NCBI GenBank assembly: GCA_903820735.1
Contig: CAIJIZ010000216.1
Location: 1 to 53,045 of the forward strand
From: an uncultured Pirellula sp.
Lineage (GTDB): Bacteria > Planctomycetota > Planctomycetia > Pirellulales > Pirellulaceae
Direction: 5' to 3'
DNA length: 53,045 nucleotides
This document shows positions 46,513 through 53,045 of this stretch, one piece after another. The notes beneath the pieces were generated by a model. That model did no database searches and was not told the DNA's origin. It was given only the letters and a program-made list of their open reading frames with translations. The position numbers were made by a program, and so were the translations under genes. How positions within the stretch are numbered: the first letter of the stretch is position 1; the number at the start of each line of letters is the position of its first letter.

Positions 46513-49314
46513 TTAACCCGTTGTACCCAGGCCACTGGCAATCGCATTGACCGTAAGCAACAACTGCGGAATCAACTGTTCTGCCTCGCGCGTCTGTTGC
46601 ATGCAGTGATAACTGCGCCACATCTTTAACAAATCGATCTGCTGATGGTGCAAAACTCGCAATCCACTCGATCGCAAATTCATCATCCGTTGGATGTTCG
46701 GACGCCGTTCGGATAACGGCCCCCCATAAATCAATTCGATCTTTTCTCGAGTTCGAGATAATTCACTTTCGATCGTCTCCATAAAGGATTGCCGCAAGGA
46801 GGGGTTTTCCACCATCTGAGCATAAGCCCGCATGATCTCGACGTCGGTGGCGGCTAAACTTGTTGCTACGTTGCTGAGCAAGTAATGGCATGGAGCCCAT
46901 CGATTCATAGTCTGTCGCAACTGCTCGAAAGTTTCAGGCGCTGATTGCTGGAGTTTCTCTAACGCGCTACCGACTCCAAACCAACCCGACAAAAAGAACC
47001 TAGCTTGGCCCCAGCTGAATACCCATGGAATCGCTCGAAGATCCGCAAGAGACTGCTGTCCAGTACGCCGCGAGGGACGCGAGCCAATACGACTCTGCTC
47101 GATCGCATCGATCGGTGTCGCTTGCCGGAAAAACGTTACAAAACCTTCGCGATGGATCAGCTCGGTATAACTCTCTCTTGCCCATTGCGCTAAATCCGAT
47201 AGCGTTGCTTCCAAAGGGTGATCGCTAAAATCGGAGTGCTTGTCGGTTAACGTCTTTCTCGCAACCCCCGCAAGGAACAATTCGAGGTTGTAGATCGCCG
47301 TCGATTGATGGGCATATTTTTGAGGAATCGTTTCCCCTTGTTCCGTCAATCGTAAATCACCTCCGAGCGACTCAAAGGGCAGGGCCTGAATAAAACGATT
47401 CGTCGGCCCAGCTCCACGGCTGATGGTTCCGCCTCGCCCATGGAAAAATCGAATCCTCACCCCATGCTTCTTCCCAACCCGTACCAGCTCTTTTTGTGCA
47501 CGGCGCAAATTGACTAGGCTCGCAAGGATTCCACCATCTTTGTTGCTGTCGCTATACCCGATCATCACCTGCCCGAGCGATTCGCTCTGACCCCGCTCTT
47601 GGCGGATCGAACGCATGCTTCGTTGCGTAATCGGATGGTGCAAGAATGCATCGTAAATCGTTGGACTGCGGTGTAAGTCATCCACGGTTTCAAACAACGG
47701 TACGACCGGCATCGGACATTCGAGCCCTTCTGCCGTCTCCCGCATCAATCCCACTTCGCGAGCTAGTAAATACACGACCAACAAATCCGAAGCGTTGCGG
47801 GTCATGCTGACAATCAAACTTCCCAAACCATCAAAGCCATACGCGGTACTGTACTCTTTCAGTACCCGCAAGGACGATAACACCGCATCGGCTTCCACTC
47901 CAAGCGATACGTCGGGTCTTGCGAAAGGTCGCTTCGATTCCAATTCCCGATGAAGCAGCCCGAGCCGCTCTTCCTCGGTCCACTGCGAAAAGTTCGTTCG
48001 ACTAAATCCAGCAGCAGACAGCAACTGCTCAACCGCACGATCATGAAACGCGCTGTTCTGACGCACATCCAACACGGCCAAGTGAAATCCAAAAGTCTGC
48101 ACGACACGCATCAAAGGTTGCACCGAGTATTCCGCCGCTCGTCGTCCTCCCGAAGCGATGAGACTCTGATACAAGAGCTTCAAGTCATCTAACAACTCAC
48201 TGTACCGCTGGTACGTCGGAGCTGCGTGGGCCGCGATCCGATTGTAAGACTCATCCACACGTGGAAGACGGGCTAGCATCGTGTTGATAAACTGCCGCCA
48301 TGGCTCATTCGGGTTCCGATCAATCGCTCGCTTACCAGCATCACCCAATCGGTTAGCCGCCATCGCTAAAGCTTGTAAAAACTCCGGATTCGGACGTTGC
48401 CAATAAGCCGAAAGACTCAGCAATCGAGCTAGCTGTTGCAACTGCTTTTGCACCAACTCCACCGCCTTGCCCCGCATCTCCAACAAACTTTGACGCGTCA
48501 CTTCGGCGGTAACCAACGGATGCCCATCCCGATCTCCACCAACCCATGTCCCAAAGGTTAGCCTAGGAAACACCAACGGGTCATCGAATACACTAGGGTC
48601 GAGGCCGACGGCCGTCCAAGCTCTTCGCAATCGTTGATCAAGCGGTCGAAGCACTGCTGGAAAAACATGAGTTAAATAGTCCAAGACGTTTCGACGTTCC
48701 GATTGGATATCCGGTTTGTCCAAATAGATCTCCCCCGTCCTCCAAAGGATCGCTAACAGGGCTTTGGTTGCAAAGTCGTTCTCTTCGGCTAATGGATTGT
48801 CATCCCCACCGCTTTCTCGCGAAAACTGGCTGTCTCTAGATATTTGGCGATGCAATTGAAGTCGCTCGTATAGCCGCCGGTGATGCGCCAAAACCGTCGC
48901 TCGCTTGGCTTCCGTAGGATGCGCCGTCAACACCAACTCGACTTGCATGGAGGGCAACTGCTTGGCAATCTGCTCGGCCGTCCATCCCTGCTCCTTAAGC
49001 TGCCTTAGGGAATCCCCCCAAAGCGCTGGCAACGCGTCCATGCCCGATTGCTGCTCGATCGATTTGCGGAACTGATCAGCCGCATTTTGCTCCGCCATTC
49101 CCAAAAGCTGAAACGCGATGGAATAAGCTTGGGTCAAATGCACCGACTGACTCAGCACACCCGAAGGGGTAGGCGGTTGATTCGATACAGGTAGCAAGCC
49201 AGCTAACGTACCTTCGCCCGACTCTTCAAGAACCTCGCGGAAACAAGCAAGAATCCAGTCCCATTGGCTACGAAGGATCTCTTCATTCAACGCCAACACA
49301 CTCTCGACTACCAT
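46513..49314 (-). CDS. ppc: Phosphoenolpyruvate carboxylase
   Basis: Motifs VLTAHPTE, WVGGDRDGHP, VPLFET, QVMIGYSDSNKDGG, FHGRGGTISRG and LRAIPWVFSW. Confidence 0.96.
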   Translation of the reverse strand: MVVESVLALNEEILRSQWDWILACFREVLEESGEGTLAGLLPVSNQPPTPSGVLSQSVHLTQAYSIAFQLLGMAEQNAADQFRKSIEQQSGMDALPALWGDSLRQLKEQGWTAEQIAKQLPSMQVELVLTAHPTEAKRATVLAHHRRLYERLQLHRQISRDSQFSRESGGDDNPLAEENDFATKALLAILWRTGEIYLDKPDIQSERRNVLDYLTHVFPAVLRPLDQRLRRAWTAVGLDPSVFDDPLVFPRLTFGTWVGGDRDGHPLVTAEVTRQSLLEMRGKAVELVQKQLQQLARLLSLSAYWQRPNPEFLQALAMAANRLGDAGKRAIDRNPNEPWRQFINTMLARLPRVDESYNRIAAHAAPTYQRYSELLDDLKLLYQSLIASGGRRAAEYSVQPLMRVVQTFGFHLAVLDVRQNSAFHDRAVEQLLSAAGFSRTNFSQWTEEERLGLLHRELESKRPFARPDVSLGVEADAVLSSLRVLKEYSTAYGFDGLGSLIVSMTRNASDLLVVYLLAREVGLMRETAEGLECPMPVVPLFETVDDLHRSPTIYDAFLHHPITQRSMRSIRQERGQSESLGQVMIGYSDSNKDGGILASLVNLRRAQKELVRVGKKHGVRIRFFHGRGGTISRGAGPTNRFIQALPFESLGGDLRLTEQGETIPQKYAHQSTAIYNLELFLAGVARKTLTDKHSDFSDHPLEATLSDLAQWARESYTELIHREGFVTFFRQATPIDAIEQSRIGSRPSRRTGQQSLADLRAIPWVFSWGQARFFLSGWFGVGSALEKLQQSAPETFEQLRQTMNRWAPCHYLLSNVATSLAATDVEIMRAYAQMVENPSLRQSFMETIESELSRTREKIELIYGGPLSERRPNIQRMMNLRSSGLRVLHHQQIDLLKMWRSYHCMQQTREAEQLIPQLLLTVNAIASGLGTTG

Positions 49315-49802
49315 GAACAAGCACCCAACTGCGAGTCAATAACCTTAATGCCCCCCATCGCCACATCGCGAAGGGAACTCTAGAAATCTAAAACGTGTCG
49401 AAGAGGGGACAGTTAGAAGTGTCAGTAGGATAAACGTTTTGCAACTTTTTTTCTACCGAATTCAATCGTTTATTCGATTGCCGAGAAACTCGTAATATGG
49501 CCCTTGTTGGCCATGCGACTCCACCAGTTGACACGCGTGCGATCCCCCGCGATCTTCCCGCCAGCTACTTTTTAACGGCGTGTAAAGCAATTTCCACATG
49601 GGCCCCCCATTTCAAATGAGAAATCGATACAAAGGGAGAAGCAAGTTTACTCGGATAGTCGAATCCACCACACGAAAAACAGCACAATCTTTTCCTAAGT
49701 GTTACAAATAGGAATTAGAACCCTGAATTCTGGGGTTGGATGTACTCGTTCCTGTTTTCGTTTTGCGTTGGTTGAAGTTCGTAGGTAGTTGGCTGGATTC
49801 CC

Positions 49803-52800
49803 ATGAAAGATTCAAATCCAAAAAATACTCGAGATCTGTTCGGGGCGGCAATCTGGTTACAAGTCCTCGCTGCAACCAGCGAATACGAACGTCTGCTCGC
49901 AAGTGGGCAACAGCCAGATCCCCGCGTTTTCGCGGAACTTTACCCCAACGTTCCAAGTGAGGTTCTACTGCCCGAATTGCAACGGTCCCTCGAAGAACAC
50001 TTAGGATCGCTTACCCCTTCTAAAAGAACGCCGCAGACCTCATCTGCGCAATCCACTGAACTCACCTCAACGGAACGTTACTCAGACCTAGAAACGATCG
50101 GTAGTGGGGGCATGGGTGAAGTCTATCGAGGGATAGACCATGAATGTATGCGCCCGGTGGCGATCAAGAAAATTCGCAAGGAACAACGTTTCAATCCTGA
50201 TGCGCAAAAGCGGTTCAAGACCGAGATTGAGCTGACGGCGCAACTTGAACATCCCGGGATAATCCCACTCTATGGAAAAGGAGTGGATTCTCAAGGGCGC
50301 GAATTCTACGCGATGCGACTAATCGCTGGAGATGGAACAGGAACGCTCGATGATGCAATCCAATTGCTTCACGCTCAAGTACGCGCAACGAATAATCGAT
50401 GGAACGCACGTCACATCGAGCAACTGAGAAATCTTGTTCGTCGTTTGGTTGCGGTGACGGATACTATCGCCTATGCCCACAGCCGAGGAATAGTTCACCG
50501 TGATATCAAACCCGCGAACATCTTACTGGGGGCCTACGGCGAGACGCTGATCTCCGACTGGGGCCTTGCACGTAAAATCGATCCACCGTCCTCAGCCGCG
50601 ATCAACAAGGCTCCTGAGGATACTGCGCGCCAAGCTGGCTCGGATACTGCGCTGATCTATCCAGAGGTAAAGGGTGCTGATAAGTTACCTTCACCCGACG
50701 CATCCATTGGGGTTGGAACCCCCGGCTATGCGGCTCCTGAATTAGCGCACAGACACCAAGTTCAGTATCTACCGCTATGTGATGTCTACTCGATTGGCGC
50801 AATTCTCTTGCGCATTCTCAATGGCAAAAAATCGAAAGGTAATCCAACGCTACTTCATAATAAGTGGCGGAGTCCTACCTTGAACGCTCTGGAAGCGATC
50901 GGCCGCAAAGCCACGGCGACGGATTTAAAACAGCGGTACTCATGCGTCGAGCAATTGCGTTCTGATCTCCAGAACTGGATTGCTAGTGAGCCGTTGAACG
51001 CCACCCCCGAAGGATTCCTCGAACGAGCTATTCGTTGGCCTAACCGTCATCGCGTCGCAGCAGTCGGAATTGCAAGTACCTTTTTGATAACCATGTTGGC
51101 AGGATCGTTGATCGTATGGCTTCAATCTAGGCATTCGCGAGCCATTGAGAGCAAGGCCCAACAATTAGCTGAAGCTCTTGATAAATCGAACTACCTCTTG
51201 GAAGAGACGCGTCAAGCCAAGAAGGCAGCCGAAGAATTGCAACAGCTTGCAGAAGTACGCCAAAAAGAAGCCATAAACAGCAGATTGCTGGCCGAAAAAA
51301 GAGGTGTGATCGCCTTCGAAGGCTTGTTGAATTTTCAACAGTTATTGACTACCAACCAAGAGTTATTTCAATCTCCTGAACTAGCTCAACTAAACGAATC
51401 TCTTTCCGGTCAATCCAAAAAAATCTTTGCAACGATCCTCGCGGATCTCGAAGCTGACTATCCTCCTGCTCCTAAGAATTTGGTCCGCTTGACCGAACTG
51501 ACCCACCGATTAGCAGCCATGGAATCGCAACAGAAAAATGATGACGATGCCTATGAGCTTTTTAACCGCTCATGCGATTGGATGAGTCGTATTCTCGATA
51601 GGAAGGACCTTCCTGATCACACAAAGATACTGCTCCAAGTCCAAATTGGAAAGCTTCGGAGCTTACAAGGCCTCCTGTCAATGCGAGTCGGAAGGAATCA
51701 GCAAGCGAAACCGCAATTGGAAGAGTCCATTCGACGACTTGAGCCGATGTTGAATGAGTCGCAGTTGAGCGTAGAGGAACGTTCAATTGCTGCCACCGCT
51801 TTCGCCGGTGCGATCTCGGCCATGTCCATGCAAGAACTGTTTGCGGGAAATCTCGATGACGCAAAAGCACTTCAGCTACGAGCGATTGCAGTCCTTGGCG
51901 ATCAAAAACCCATCAAGTACGAAGATGCTATGATGAACGTCCAAGTGCATGGAAATATGTCTCGCATCTATGAGAATCTCAACGAACCAGAAAAAGCCCT
52001 GTCTGAATTGGAGCGAGCTGCCACTCAAATTGATGATGCCGAAGAGTTGATTCTAGAAACACCAGGCGGGATTTGGATCGGAGATTCCATCGTTCGGCCA
52101 ACACAACAACACTTAAGCGTGCGTTCACAGTTGGCGCATGAGCGCGCAAGATTGCTCATGGCAAAGCAGGATTCTCCCGCTGCGATCAGCGTCCTGAAAA
52201 CACTGTTTAAAAGAGACTCAGCGAATCTGTCGCAATTTCCGAATGACGCTAGCTTTCTCGCGTCCTATCAGACGACCGCCTCAACCCTCGTTGCCCTGAT
52301 GATGAACTCCGGCGAACATTTAGCTGCTATTAAACTGTTAGAAAATTGGGAGAAACTAGCGCAGGATTTATTGGATCGTAATACCCCATCCGAAGCGAAT
52401 CTGCAGTTCCACATCGTAGCTTTTCACTCCGCAGGACATGCATTCGAGAAACTAGAGAAACGCGACTTGGCACTCGAGAAGTATCAGAGCGCGATCCAGG
52501 TATGCGACCAAGCGGAATTGCTTCGATTTCGCTCTGCGGCAAACTGTTCACAACGGGTCGAACTCGAAATCCATAGTTTCCTTCTGCGACTACCTACATC
52601 TTCATGGGAGGAAGTCGAAACCCATTTCAATCGGGCTGTCCGAGCCGCCGAAGAACTCAATGCCCTACCGGCTTCCGCAGGTAATGTCGTAACTATTGCC
52701 AAGACGCAACTTAGCCAAGGATTAGATGCGATGCGTTCCGCAGGAAAGGAAACCGAAGCGGCTGCATGGAACGCAAAACTAGAGAAGCTACACCTAGTCC

Positions 52801-52820
52801 AAACGTCTCCAACTCCATAA
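49803..52820 (+). CDS. Hanks-type Ser/Thr protein kinase with TM, coiled coil and TPR-like tail
   Basis: Motifs IGSGGMG, VAIK, HRDIKPAN, DWG, GTPGYAAPE and DVYSIG. One hydrophobic segment follows the kinase domain. Confidence 0.94.
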   Translation: MKDSNPKNTRDLFGAAIWLQVLAATSEYERLLASGQQPDPRVFAELYPNVPSEVLLPELQRSLEEHLGSLTPSKRTPQTSSAQSTELTSTERYSDLETIGSGGMGEVYRGIDHECMRPVAIKKIRKEQRFNPDAQKRFKTEIELTAQLEHPGIIPLYGKGVDSQGREFYAMRLIAGDGTGTLDDAIQLLHAQVRATNNRWNARHIEQLRNLVRRLVAVTDTIAYAHSRGIVHRDIKPANILLGAYGETLISDWGLARKIDPPSSAAINKAPEDTARQAGSDTALIYPEVKGADKLPSPDASIGVGTPGYAAPELAHRHQVQYLPLCDVYSIGAILLRILNGKKSKGNPTLLHNKWRSPTLNALEAIGRKATATDLKQRYSCVEQLRSDLQNWIASEPLNATPEGFLERAIRWPNRHRVAAVGIASTFLITMLAGSLIVWLQSRHSRAIESKAQQLAEALDKSNYLLEETRQAKKAAEELQQLAEVRQKEAINSRLLAEKRGVIAFEGLLNFQQLLTTNQELFQSPELAQLNESLSGQSKKIFATILADLEADYPPAPKNLVRLTELTHRLAAMESQQKNDDDAYELFNRSCDWMSRILDRKDLPDHTKILLQVQIGKLRSLQGLLSMRVGRNQQAKPQLEESIRRLEPMLNESQLSVEERSIAATAFAGAISAMSMQELFAGNLDDAKALQLRAIAVLGDQKPIKYEDAMMNVQVHGNMSRIYENLNEPEKALSELERAATQIDDAEELILETPGGIWIGDSIVRPTQQHLSVRSQLAHERARLLMAKQDSPAAISVLKTLFKRDSANLSQFPNDASFLASYQTTASTLVALMMNSGEHLAAIKLLENWEKLAQDLLDRNTPSEANLQFHIVAFHSAGHAFEKLEKRDLALEKYQSAIQVCDQAELLRFRSAANCSQRVELEIHSFLLRLPTSSWEEVETHFNRAVRAAEELNALPASAGNVVTIAKTQLSQGLDAMRSAGKETEAAAWNAKLEKLHLVQTSPTP

Positions 52821-52842
52821 TCCTACCTCCCCACTCCACACG

Positions 52843-53045
52843 TTCCCTTCCCGATCTGTGACCTCTGTGCCTCTGTGTTTCCCCCGTCCGCGCATCCCGG
52901 CCGGAATTTGAAACACAGAGACACAGAGAGCACAAAGTTGGGTTGAGTAGAGACTGCGTCTCCACTGCACTTTTTTCTGTTTCACACTGTTCCCTCCCAC
53001 CCATTCCCTTCCCGATCTGTGACCTCTGTGCCTCTGTGTTTCCCC
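52843..53045. repeat. REP-like intergenic repeat cluster (direct + inverted copies), truncated by the window end
   Basis: The 42-bp TTCCCTTCCCGATCTGTGACCTCTGTGCCTCTGTGTTTCCCC is exact at 52843-52884 and 53004-53045. An inverted imperfect copy, GAAACACAGAGACACAGAGAGCACAA, lies at 52910-52935. Confidence 0.85.

Noticed and set aside
52843-53045. Possible CRISPR array
   Set aside because: There are only two direct copies, the 119-bp spacer itself contains an inverted copy, and no cas genes are in view.

Overview
A gene-dense bacterial chromosomal window, almost certainly from a planctomycete (Pirellulales-like). The evidence is its DUF1559 prepilin-like protein, PSD1/planctomycete cytochrome c plus DUF1501 pair, sulfatase and Hanks kinase with TPR-like tail. 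About 40 CDSs are supported. Most are ordinary: an arylsulfatase, two acyl-lipid desaturases, kynU, an ABC-HlyD-TolC exporter, mdtABC-like RND genes, hisN, an ECF sigma factor, ruvX, miaE, a GT4 and ppc. I saw no rRNA, tRNA, CRISPR array or IS element. The most interesting items follow. (1) A left-end islet holds a divergent HigB/RelE-like plus XRE-HTH pair behind a perfect 13-bp inverted repeat overlapping its promoter. An rpn nuclease follows, with a strong in-frame internal RBS+ATG (candidate intragenic antitoxin). (2) A WXG100-like protein and a coupled helical partner occur with no T7SS ATPase in view. (3) A Fur-box-like palindrome is shared by divergent hemP and DUF1559 genes. (4) A T1SS-like exporter has a degenerate catalytic site in its only ABC subunit and sits divergent from a desaturase. 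(5) There are many 14-15 bp micro-duplications. (6) A REP-like direct/inverted repeat cluster is cut off by the right edge. All family calls come from reading motifs by eye, not from database searches, and several start codons are best guesses.
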